NCBI RefSeq assembly: GCF_963921235.1
Contig: NC_086098.1
Location: 237,398,001-237,462,000 of the forward strand
Length of the DNA: 64,000 bases
DNA from: Mobula hypostoma
Taxonomy: Eukaryota
Direction: 5' to 3'
The first letter of the stretch is position 1. The number at the start of each line of letters is the position of its first letter. The translations under genes were made by a program, and so were the position numbers. Shown piece after piece: positions 1 to 11,674 of the stretch. The notes beneath the pieces are model-generated. The model made no database searches. It worked only from the letters and a program-made list of their open reading frames with translations, and was not told where the DNA came from.

Positions 1-273
1 ACTGTGTTGCTCGTTTCTTTAATAAAACTCTCTTCGTTCCAGTAATCCAGACTCCAACTGAGTGATCCATTTCTAATGGTTTGGCAACCCAGTTACGGGG
101 TACGTAACATAAGTGGGATTCTCGTCCGCAATTTTGAAAGCTAAATTTGGGACAGAGTAAATTGATTGGGTTAAAATTCCAGAAAGAAAGAAAAGACAAA
201 CAGCAGAAATGGAGATTGAGGAATTTATAAATGCGCCGACCTTGGAGGCATTAGAGGATGCCGGAAAGCGGAA

Positions 274-2168
274 TTGGCAGCTGTGGCCAAACGGTTGAAT
301 CTTGTTAAGGGGAAGTCGACAATGAGGAGAGAGGAGATACACAGGGCTATCGTAGAGCACTATGTATCTAAAGGTGTGTTTCCCCAAGGGGAGCTGGAGG
401 TCGTGTCTATTGATAAACCTGCTGGAGACGCGGTACAGGTGCAGTTTGAAAAACTGAGACTCAAGCACGAGTTCCGGGTACGGCAGTTAGAACACGAAGA
501 GAAGCAGTTAGAAAGGCAGGAGAAAGAGAAACAGTTAGAAAGGCAGGAGAGAGAGAGACAGTTGGAGCGAGAAGAGAGGCAGTTGGAGAAACAGAGGGAA
601 AGGGAATTTGAGCTGGAGAAGTTAAAGATAAGGGCAGAGCAGGGGCCCGTGCCGAACCAAGGTGGAGGGTTCCGGGCGACCCAGGAGGTTAGGCTGGTTC
701 CCCCATTTGACGATACCGATGTGGATCAGTACTTCCTCCATTTCGAAAAAGTTGCTGCAAGTCAGAACTGGCCGAGGGATAAGTGGGCTGTTTTGTTTCA
801 GAGTGCACTGAAAGGGAAAGCCCAACAAGCTTACTCAGCTTTGTCCGTGGAAGATGCCCAGAGGTATGAGGTGGTGAAAGAGGCCATCCTCAGGAGTTGG
901 TCCCGGAGGCATACCAGCAGAGGTTCCGGAACACGAGGAAGCAGTGGGACCGCACGTATTTAGAGTTTGCCCGTGAGATGCAGACATATTGTGAGTGTTG
1001 GTGCGCCTCGAAGGGGGTAGATGGGGATTACGACAGACTGCTACAGCTGATCCTGATTGAGCAGTTTAAAGGTTGTGTCCCTGAGGGTATGAGACGCTAC
1101 CTAGATGAGAAAGAGGCAGCCACGTTAGCCGCAACTGCTAAGTTAGCGGATGAGTATGCGTTGACGCATAAAATGAAGTTTGCCCCGAGTAAAGGCTACC
1201 AGAAGGGTAGTAAGGACGGCGGGGAGAGTCCGCCAGAAAAGTCAGAAAATAAGCCGGGGACTAGTGAGAAGGATAAGGTAGACCGGGAAAAGTCTGGTAG
1301 GAAGTCTCCTGGGGTCGTCTGTTATAATTGTGGGAAAGTCGGACACTTTGCGTCCAGGTGCTTTGCCCCAAAGGAGGAGACGGGAAAAGGAAAAACGGCG
1401 ATTTTGACTGGCTGTATCGAGCTGGTAAACGAACCGTTAGGAGAGGAAAGGTCTGCCAAAGTTCAGGAAGGGCGCGAGAGGTGTATTTCGGCCGGATTGG
1501 TGTTAGTGAAAGAGGGATTAAATCCAGTTCCAGTGCGGATCTGGAGAGACACGGGAGCGTGTCAGTCATTGATATTGAAGAGTGTATTAGAGTTTAGCTC
1601 AGAGACCCAGACTGGGGAGGTCAAGGTCAAAGGTATTGGGGAAGGGACAGAGGCAGTCCCTTTGCACCAGATACACCTAAAAAGCAACTTGGTCTCTGGA
1701 CTAGTCACGATCGGGGTGAGGCCCGAATTACCGATGAAAGGTGTGGAAGTCTTGCTCGGTAATGACCTCGCCGGGGGAATCGTGTTCCCAGCCGTGAGAT
1801 TGACAGGTCAGCCTGCCAGCATTGAGGTCCCGCCCATGGACTCACAGGTTCATCCCGGGACTGCCGAAGTAAATTTAGCTGAGACGTACCAGGAGGAGGT
1901 AGAAAGTGAAAAGAAGGAGTGTAGTGAAACAAGAGGTAGTGAGGGAGCTGAGACAGATTTAGCATTATCCAGGAAAGAATTTGTGCAGGCGCAGGAGCGA
2001 GACGAGGGGCTGACGGTTTTGGCAGAGACAGCTCTCTCTGACGCAGAATTAAGAAGGGAGCTAGTAGGCTATTGTGTGGAGGAGGAAGTGCTAAGGAAAA
2101 AAGGGAGACCAAGTACCGTACCCGCAGATGAGGAATGGGGGGGTGGTGCAAAAATGTTATGGGTATGA
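274..2168 (+). pseudogene. Gag-protease of the Gypsy element, frameshifted near 895
   Basis: ORFs 274-963 and 897-2168 overlap in different frames. They contain a SCAN-like capsid segment (LLQLILIEQFKGCVP), the zinc knuckle CYNCGKVGHFASRC, the protease motif RDTGACQSL and LLGNDLAG. Confidence 0.85.
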
Positions 2169-3247
2169 GATTTTTAACCTGGCCCACAAGGTACCCCTCG
2201 GTGGACATTTTGAGGTGCTGGAGGAAACAGTTGGTGGAATCATGAAAGAGGTTTACCGGCTGCACAGGAGGAAGGATGTTATTGATTATGGCAGACGCGA
2301 ACTTAGTAGGTCACAGGCTTTTGATATGCTAACAAACCTAGTCGGTGTTAGCGCGGAAATCAATGAAGCTAGCGTCCCCCTGATAAGAGAAAAAAAACAT
2401 TTTGAAAAGATGAGTATGGTATCGACCAGATGGGAGAAGGCTATTGTTTTGGCCAGCTCTGCTGATAAGGTCTCTCCCTTAATCCCCGAACAAAGCGACT
2501 CTTTAGGAGAAGTATTAAACGGCTCGCACACGTGTCTTTGATTGTCCCGAGGCGATGCAAAGAACTGGGACGTTGGATGGTGTTTGTTATGCTAGGGCAG
2601 CCGAGTGAGCAACAGCCCTATAGAATAAGTAATTCAGTGACGAAAGGGCTGACGAACACAGGGGTGTGTATTGGCGATGTAATACGGCTATCTGAAGCCA
2701 GCTTGATAGTGAACATTGAAAAAAATGAGTTCGGCCACACTTATCTGAGAATTGTGGTAACACAGGAGCAGCCGGCAGCGATGCAAGCTAAAGTGCGGGC
2801 TATCTCTGACATCCCAACCCCGACAGACAAGAGGGCCCTCAGAAGGCTCTTGGAGATGGTGGGGTACTGTAGGAAGTTTTGCAATAACTCTGCGGTTACT
2901 ACCCCTCCCCCTCCTACTAAGCCCTTGCGAGAGAAAACTAAGTCGGAATGGGACGACCCTTGTTATTGTGGTCCGGGACGAAACCCAATGGGAGGTTACA
3001 TTGATCGCAATTCATCAGTGTTTTTGGCCACTGTGAAGTTTGCTAAGTTGGAGCCTGGTTTAAGGGATTATTAATAACACATATAAAAGGAACAGGAAAT
3101 GTGATTGCTGACTGTCTGTCAAGGTGTTGACAACTTAAAATTCGCTATATTAGCCAAATAGCTGACGAAGATGAATATTTGTGTGTATCAAATAATGTAT
3201 TCATGTTTGTAATTTTTACCCCGGTAAAAATCCTTAAAGGTGAGGGG

Positions 3248-4125
3248 TGTGACGAAAGTACACATAGACTAAGATGTTAACTGTCCTGTGCTGGCACCAG
3301 TGGGATCAGCAATTGGTCTGCCATCTGTCTTCAGGAGAAAGAGAGATAAGGAAAACAATGCAGCAGCATTTTGAGTTGTTAATGAAGAGATGGGAGAGCT
3401 GTCAAGACCGGCTCCTCTTTGAACCCTGAAGTTTGAAGTGATGGACAGGCGATACCCCAGCAGGGGGATAAAAAGGGACAGGTTCGCTAAGGCAACACAC
3501 ACGACACCACGAGGTAACGAGACCCTGGAAGCGGTGCGCCTCCCACAAGTCGGTGGGAGTCTTTGGACGGCTGGTCGCGGAATCAAGCCAGAGACGCACA
3601 GGGTGGAAAGATACCATCGGCGGGAACCTGGTGTGTGTCCGCCCTTACCTGCGTGCCGGGTTCACCGCTGCGGAAAGATCGTAACTGGAAACGGAGGGGT
3701 CACAGTCGGTGACCTCAGAAGACATCACAAAGGGCTCGCCCGAAAGCTGACTGCGAAGAATATCGAAGGTCTGTGTGGAAGCGTTTGAATATTCGTTCGT
3801 TTTTGCTCTCTCTCTCCTTCCCCCCACTGTCCATCGCCACGGCAGTGATTACTGTGAACTGTACTGAACTCACTTGAACTGAATTTGCGTCACTTTGAAA
3901 CTGGTTATTTACCCCTAGACGACGATAGAGCCTGATTGATCCTGTTATCCTAATTCTGTGTACATGTGTGTTTATCATTGCTGAACTGTTGCATTTATTA
4001 TCCTTTTGATTAGAGTACTGTGTTGCTTGTTTCTTTAATAAAACTCTCTTAGTTCCAGTAATCCAGACTCCAACTGAGTGATCCATTTCTGCTGGTTTGG
4101 CAACCCAGTTACGGGGTATGTAACA
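3248..4125 (+). repeat. 3' LTR of the Gypsy element (878 bp)
   Basis: It starts TGTGACG right after a purine tract, contains AATAAA near its 3' end, ends TGTAACA and repeats positions 1-109. Confidence 0.9.
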
Positions 4126-5929
4126 GGTTAAATCAGGAGTAAAGCGTTTGTCGGTGCTCTCGAAAGGCCGGGAAGGGTCTATTTCGCTCTTTTTCTCTCA
4201 GTAAATGAATAAATCGGACTGCCGTCCGTTACTGCACGATTCAATGACTCAATCTCGATCGCCTGCATGACTTCTCAAAACAGTGAAAATTGGAACTAAG
4301 AGCAATATTTCAGTTGTGCTCTCATTCGGATCATGCAGTCAGAGTGAAAGACCAGTGCAGCACGGAGCAGGTCCTTCGGCCCATTTGTTCATGTCGAACT
4401 GTGATGTTGCGTAGTCCCGTGGACATACACCGAGAATATAGTCCTCCATAAACCCCGCCCCCCGTCCCCCCCCATACCCGTACCTATCCAGTTTTCTCTT
4501 AAATGTTGAAATCAAAAGGTATCCACCATTTCTGCTAAGAGCTTGATCCACACTCTCTCCACCCTCTGCGTGAAGAAGATCCCCTCCCTGTTACCTTTCA
4601 CACTTAATCCAGGTCCTCAGGTACCATCAACATCCTTGTAAATCACTCTGCACTCTTTAAATCTTATTGACATAGTTCTACATCAATGCAATAGGTCTTC
4701 CTTTCTTTTGACTCAAATAATTCTGAAATAAACGTCAATAACCCGTTTCCTTCATTCTCTTTTATTGAACTTGTTAACGTTCTGTCATCTGTGAGCAATA
4801 GTATACAGGGGTCTTCATTATAAGCAGTAAAAAAGGACTTTTATTGATGCTGTTTCACATATTTATACCAGGGCTTGTCTTATAAAACTGCCAGTAACAT
4901 TCTACTGTTTTACAGAAGCATACACCTCACATTTTATGTTAACGTGTCAATCGTACGGCCAGGCCACTCAGAGACTTGTGCTAATATGCCTGTATGCCCG
5001 TATGTGCTATGTGGGACTATAACTTCTCAGTTTTTCACCTTGGCCCCGAGGAACGATGGCTTCCTTTGCGTTCTTGTATATTTTATTTATAATTATTATA
5101 CTGGACTTTTTTTTTACTTACTTTCTAGTGCTTCCATTCACAGTGTGAAGTTTATCCACATTCTTTCCGTTTATATGCTTTCTCTTACATAGTTATAGCA
5201 GCATTTCTGGCTGTCTTCGTGCTTCCTGCCACGCCACTGCAGGAGGTCTAGCTAGGGTAAAAACAAGCTGGCTTTTTTTCCACATGATGTTGGAGATACT
5301 ACAACCAGAGTCCATGGCATAAGAATACATAGTGAAATGTTTAAAGGGAACATGAGGAGAAACTTCTTTATTGAAATAATGCTTTGGGAAGAGTTACCAG
5401 CGGATGTGCTGGATCGGGACAATTTTCGATTTAAGAAATTTTGGATAACTCCTTGGTGGGAAGTTTATAGATGCCTCTGGTCTAGGTGTAGAATGACGGG
5501 ACGAGTTATATTAATAGTTCAGCACAGACCAGATTGGCCGAAGGGTCTCATTATGTGTTGTAGTGCTCTATGACTCAATGACGTCTATGTTTATTTTAAT
5601 CTGGTCTTCAGCACTCTGGCATCTTGGTAATTCGTTTGTTATTTTCTCACGCAAAAATGCGTTTTCCAGCCCTCTACCACCTTCCCCGCTCAATTTTCAG
5701 GGGATGTGCCAGTGATATTGAACCTGATTCTAATTCTGATCCTCACTCTGATGAAAGACCATCACCTCTCGCTTCTGTTGTCTATGATTTAGTTAATCTC
5801 CACCCACCCCTCATTCTGCCTCCAAATCGAAACTGATTGTTGGATATTGTGTAACAGATGAGAAGAAGTGTCTTCCAAATAAATATTCGGGTTATGTGAT
5901 TCTGTGTCAATGATTGTCTCAAAATCTAG

Positions 5930-7500
5930 AAAACCAGCCATCAATTACTTGGATATGGTCCTTTTCCATCAAAGCAATCCTGACGTCGGAAGCTAGTCAG
6001 TCCAGTTAACTCCTCCCTCTTGATGATCACAGGGTCGAACTGTCTGTGTTGTTACAGGCACTGATGCAGCTGCGGAGCGTGTCATCTCCCCATGGGGACC
6101 GGGCAGTGTTAGCACAGCTTTTATTTAGCGACTATTGCACAAACTGCTGCTGTTTCTGTCTTGTTTGTGAAGTGGTCCAGCTGGCCCGGAAACTCGATAG
6201 CGGGGAGGTTGGGGTGGGGAGAGCTACGGTTGATTTTTTAAAACAATTCAAGAGTAGGAAACTGCTATAACTGAAAGACACAAATTCTGAAAATAAATCA
6301 TCGAATAAAAAGTTTACAAAAATTGCAATTAGTTGTTACAAGCGATGAAATTGATTGATGTCAGAGACTGCCAAATTGCAATTCTGAAAGAGAACGGGGA
6401 GAGAAAGAACGAGAGGATAGAGTGGAACAGAAAAGAGACAGGCGGTGCAAAGAGAACGGAGAGAGATAGAAGGTGAGACGGTGAAAGCATTGGGCAATTC
6501 GATCCGAGGACAACACCTATTTCCTGTACTTAGCAGTTATCATCTAGCCAACCGTGCGATACATAATTGTTATCTTCAAAAGTCCTTGGAAAAAAGCAAC
6601 ATCTATCTCCCTCACAGCTTGTTGTATTTGGATATTAAGGATACTTGTGTCAGTAACCTGCGAAAGTTATAATTGATCCTCGTTGTTGCTCATGTAAAAC
6701 ATACTTTGTCCTTGTTTCAGTCTCCATCATCAAGAATACTTATCAGAGGGCCTTGGAGTGGTGCTTGATGCATCTCACTGACAACCAACTATTGCACAGA
6801 TTCCCTGTCCCCATTTTACTAAAAACCACTTTTTTTTTGAGTTACAGAGTCAAACAGCGCAGAAACAGGCCCTTTGGCCCAACTCGTCCATTCTGACCAA
6901 GTTGCTTAATTGTGCTAATCCCATTTGCCTGCGTTTGACTAATGTCACCATAAAATGTAACTGCCCTGATACATTTTCAACAGCGCAGTTTTACCTTCTT
7001 CTTCCACTGCCTCTGGCAGCTCGTTAACCATATCTACCACTGGTCTTCGGATCGAGTTCCGCCATGCTGATCCTGTGGCCTTTGCTTCCCTCGAGCTGAG
7101 GGCAGACTTATAAGAATAGATGCGTATCTGACTGAATGATGCTGCACTAACTATCTCTCACAGAATGTCATCAACACCAAAGAGAAGTTTATTGACTGCA
7201 GGAGGGGGGAATCCGGAGATCTATGTGACAGTCCTCATTAGGACATCGGAGGCGTTATAATTTTTGTCCTGGGTCTAGCATATAATTACCATGCCAAAAG
7301 AGACACTACAGCGCCACCACATTCTTAGAAGTTTGCGAAGAATCAGCATGACATCCAAAACTTTTACAAACTTCTATGGATGGACAACGTAGAGTATATT
7401 TAATGGTTGTATCATGGACACGCCAATACCCATGAGCGGGAAAGCCTACAAAGTAATGGATACAGCCTAGTCCATCAGAAGTAAAGCCCTTCTACTTCTG
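5930..7500. repeat. Left arm of an old inverted segmental duplication (partner about 52150-54430)
   Basis: Collinear reverse-complement blocks were matched by eye. Examples: 6030-6190 with 54128-54275; CTCACTGACAACCAACTA at ~6775 and ~52830; ATATCTACCACTG at ~7030 and ~52705; a shared Rex/L2-type fragment. Confidence 0.8.
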
Positions 7501-8194
7501 AGCACATCTAAAGGAGCGCTGTCGCAGAATGCAGTATCCATCAGCAAGGACCTCTCTCTCTCTCTCTCTTTCTCTCTCTCAAGGCCACTTCATGAAGTAT
7601 TTCCTGAATGTTTGTGGCCTTCAGCTGCGGCAGCTTATCCACTTCAAGTTTCGACGTGTTCTGCGTTCATAGGCTCTGTTCTGCACACCACTCTTATAAG
7701 GCCTGGTGAACTGAGTTCCTGTTGCTTTCCTCTCAGTTTGCATCAGTCTGATCATTCACCTCTGACCTGTTTCATGAACAAGGCGTTTACTACCACGGAA
7801 CGTCAGCTCAATTCTTATTTTTCGCACCATTCTCCGTAAGCTCCACTAAGAGTTGTGCGTGAACATTCCAGCAGAATAGGACATCCAGCCGTACTGGAAC
7901 CACCCCATCTGGCACCAACAATTATTCCGATCAAATTCACTTTGATCACTTTTATTTCCCATTCTGTCGTTTGATCTAAACAACAACTGAACCACTTGGC
8001 CATGTCTGCATACTTGTATACGTTGAGATGCTCAAACGCGATTAACTGTGCAGATATTTACGTTAATAATCAGGTATATAGTTGTACGTAAAAAAACAGA
8101 AACTGGCCACTCAGCGTACTTCTGTGATGTCGAACTACTTAATGGCTAAATCACTCAAGTGCACCCATGTTGTCTGCTTATTGTTTATTGATTT

Positions 8195-9052
8195 TGTTAC
8201 GAGAATACACATAAAATTAAGATGTTTGCTGGCCTGGGCTAGCATCAGTGGCATCAGCAGTTGGTCTGCCACCTGCCCTCAGGGGAAGGAGAGATAAGGA
8301 ATAATGGAGCAGCGTCTGGAGATGTGTAATGAAGGGATGTGGGAGGAAGAGCTGTCTGGAGCGGCTCCCCCCTTTGAACCCTGAACTGTTTGAAGTGATG
8401 GACAGGCGATACCCCAGCAGGGGGATAAAAAGGGACAGGTTCGCTAAGACAGACACACACGCCACCCGAGGTAACGAGACCCTGGAAGCGGTACGCTTCT
8501 CACGAGTGGGTGAGAAGTGCCAGACAACGACCAGGGTGGAAAGGTACGATCAGCGGGAACCCGGTGTGTGTCCGCCCTTGCCTGGGTGCCGGGTTCACTG
8601 CAGAGGATCGACCGCATCTGGAGGAGGGGTCACAGTCGGTGACCTCAGGTGACATCACCAAGGACCCGCCCAAATGCTGTTTGTGAGCCATCTCGCTGGT
8701 CTGTGAGTGAAGCTGTGCTGAATGATGAGTTGTTCCTATTCTATGTCTCTCTTCCCCACCTTGTCCATCGCCATGACAACGATTACTGCGAACTGAACTA
8801 CAAACTGGACTGAACTTTGAGTCATTTTGAAATTGGTCATTTACCCCTAGACAACGATAGAGCTTGATTGATGCTGTTATCTTAATTCTGTGCACATGTG
8901 CGTTTATCATCGCTGAACTGTTGCATTTATTATCCTTTCGATTAATGTGTTGCTTGTTTCTTTAATAAAACTTTCTTAGTTCTAGTACTCCAGACTCCAA
9001 CTGAGTGATCCATTTCTGCTGGTTTGGCAACCCAGTTACGGGGTACGTAACA
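8195..9052 (+). mobile_element. Solo LTR related to the LTR at 3248-4125
   Basis: TGTTAC...GTAACA inverted termini, a 4-bp ATTT target-site duplication on both sides (8191-8194, 9053-9056), and collinear similarity to 3248-4125. Confidence 0.9.
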
Positions 9053-10839
9053 ATTTATTTTGATTTCTTTATTTTTCTTTGGTATTTGCTCAGTTTATTG
9101 TCTTTTGCTCACTGGGTGTATACCTAACTTACTGGTACGATCTCTTATTGATTCTGTTGTGGTCCTGGATTTCCTGAGCATGCCGGCAACCAAGCAAATC
9201 CTAGGTTTGTATATGATGATATATAATTACATTGAACTTTGGAACTTGATCCCAAATCGCTTTACTCTGGGTTGCTTAAGCAACCGATGCGCTGACATAC
9301 ACAGCTAATCGCCGATCTGAGGCACATTTGCAGATTTCATCACAACTTGTGAAGAGGTTCTGTCTGAGGCCACTGCTGAACACTTTACCTTTGATTTCAA
9401 TTTTATCTGTCCTCATTCTGAACTTTCTCACAACTGAACTCAACCGCCAGCATGAACAGCAAGGAAAAAAATCCGCATTCATTCTAACGATTCATCAGAA
9501 CCGCGTTTAATCACGGCAACCAGCACTGAAACTTCAATCTCACAGGAAAGTTAAAACTACGTTGCGGAACTTCGATATTGCGGGCTTCCGTGGAGCACAC
9601 ATGCAGTCGAAAAGCATCAGGGCATAAACAGGCGCAAAGACTAAAACTCCACTAATATTTGACTCAAGACTATGGCATACATAAATCGAGAAAGGAAGCC
9701 CGCTGATTAAAGATTTCCGGAAATAAATGCTATAGGAGTCTTTACAATGTTTCCGATGTATTATTCAACTGAATTTTTCAATCAACCTCTGGATATTGCG
9801 TGCAGATCTGTTTCTATTCAGGAAATGAATTAGTCCATCGGTGAAATCGGAATATTCACAATGTATTAACATCATGCGCAGAATTTGCATGGTATTTATC
9901 TATGTCAAAATATTGCACGGCTCCATTCCCAATGATATCCAGAAAAGTTTTTTAGTCTAAGCGATCTGGCAGTTTTATAAATTAAAGGGTATAGTTCAGG
10001 GAATAGGGACAGGCACGCCGGCAGTGGGTAGGCAGTTGGACATGGGAAAGGGAGCTGCTGGAGTTTGCACAAGTGACCATGTGGCGGTAGCAGAGAGCAC
10101 TAAGGATGTGTCTCTGACGAAACATGACAAACCCGTCCAAAAAAACAGTGGGTTTTTATTTCAGTACTGTTTGTCACAATTTCAGACACTGTAAGAAGTG
10201 TAAAGTCCATAAATTTCTTTGTGCGTAGGCCCTCTTGTAATGAATGGAGCAGGGTAGTTGAATGTGCAGTATGGATCATTTGCTTTCCTCAAATCGTTTC
10301 AGTGAGCGCTGTCACTACTATACATCGGGAATGAATCACTATTGTTATTCTAGAGCGAGCATCGGATAACTTAAACCAATCTGCTTCGGCCAGATAAAGT
10401 TTCGGCTGTTTGCACGAACTAGAAGTGCAATACTGTTAGAGTGCATGCGAAAATGTACCGATTTCGCCAATGCCCTTATATTCATATCCTGCACTGGTTT
10501 GTCACCACTGCTGACTTCAACACTCTCCTAATTTGGGGTTTGCACAAGAGATTCAATGAGTCATAGAACACCACAGCACAGAAACAGACGTTTGGCCCGT
10601 TTAGTCCAAAATATTAATCTGCCTAGTCCCATAGCCCCTCCCCGCATATCATTCCCCTTCATGTATCTCTCCAAATTTCTCTTAAATATTGAAATAGAAC
10701 TCGCATCCACAACTTGAGCTGACAGCTCGGTTCACACTGTCACGACCATCTGTAATTTGTGTAGGGGCAATGACCTCGAAACTGCTTTGCCTCAATTCTG
10801 TAGACTCTGCGTCTGTCTCCAAAGAGAATATAGATGCAA

Positions 10840-11280
10840 AAATAATACCTATTAGATCTTTGGCATCTCTTTCGGCTCCACGAATAGATGACCACTCTGA
10901 TCATCCAGAAGATCTATTTTGTGCCTTGCTATCCTTTTGCTTTTAACATATCTGTTGCAGTTCGGAATCTCCTTCACCTTGTCTGCAGGTGCAACCTCGT
11001 GCATTCTTTTATCCGTTCGGAGCTCCTTCTTCAGTGTTCTCTTGCATTTCATATACTCCTCAAGTACCTCATTTTTTCCTACCTCCCTATACCTACTATG
11101 CACCATGTCTTAACCACGACGACAGCGGGTTCCGTAACCCGTTCTTCCTTGCCCTTTATTCTGACAGGGACATACAAACTATGTATTCTCAAAATTTCAC
11201 TTCTTAGCGCCTCCAACTTACCAATTACACATTCGCCAGAAACAACCGTCTCATTCCACACTTCTCAGATACGTTCGTAG
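10840..11280 (-). mobile_element. CR1 LINE ORF2 fragment
   Basis: The minus translation EVLEEYMKCKRTLKKELR...DDQSGHLFVEPKEM matches the ORF2 at 13482-15272. Confidence 0.8.
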
Positions 11281-11674
11281 ACCATTGAAAATGAACTTTC
11301 TGCAATTTCGAATCACTACCGGAGGACCAGGCCTATTCGTTTTCTACAATTACCATAAAACTAATGGCAATATGATCAGTAGATTGAAAGTGTTCTGTAC
11401 ACATTTTTTTCACATGTCCCCACCCATTCCGTGGTAGGAGATCCAGTATCTCATTTTGTTTCTCTATGGGAATCTACGTACTGATTAAGGAGACTTTCCT
11501 AAACAAACATGTCATACTCTTACCATCCAATTATTTTACTATATGGGAGTCCAAGTCAATCTGTGGAAATGTAAAATAATCTCCGATTACAACCTTCTGT
11601 TTCTTGCATTAATAGGCAATCTCTCTGTGAATATTCTCCTCCAATTCCCGAGGACTGTTTCGTAACCTTCTTCT

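Larger units (their letters stand above)
1..4125 (+). mobile_element. Internally deleted Ty3/Gypsy LTR retrotransposon, Gmr1-like (integrase before RT); the 5' LTR is cut by the window edge
   Basis: 1-109 matches the end of the 3' LTR (5 differences in 109 bp, ends TAACA). The PBS-like TGGGATTCTCGTCCGCAAT at 114-132 resembles the tRNA-Pro PBS. Gag, CCHC knuckle, protease, integrase His-His remnant (~2165-2215), RT thumb remnant (~2730-2900) and RNase H end (NVIADCLSR, ~3100-3125) follow. The PPT is at 3236-3247 and the 3' LTR at 3248-4125 (TGT...ACA). Confidence 0.9.
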
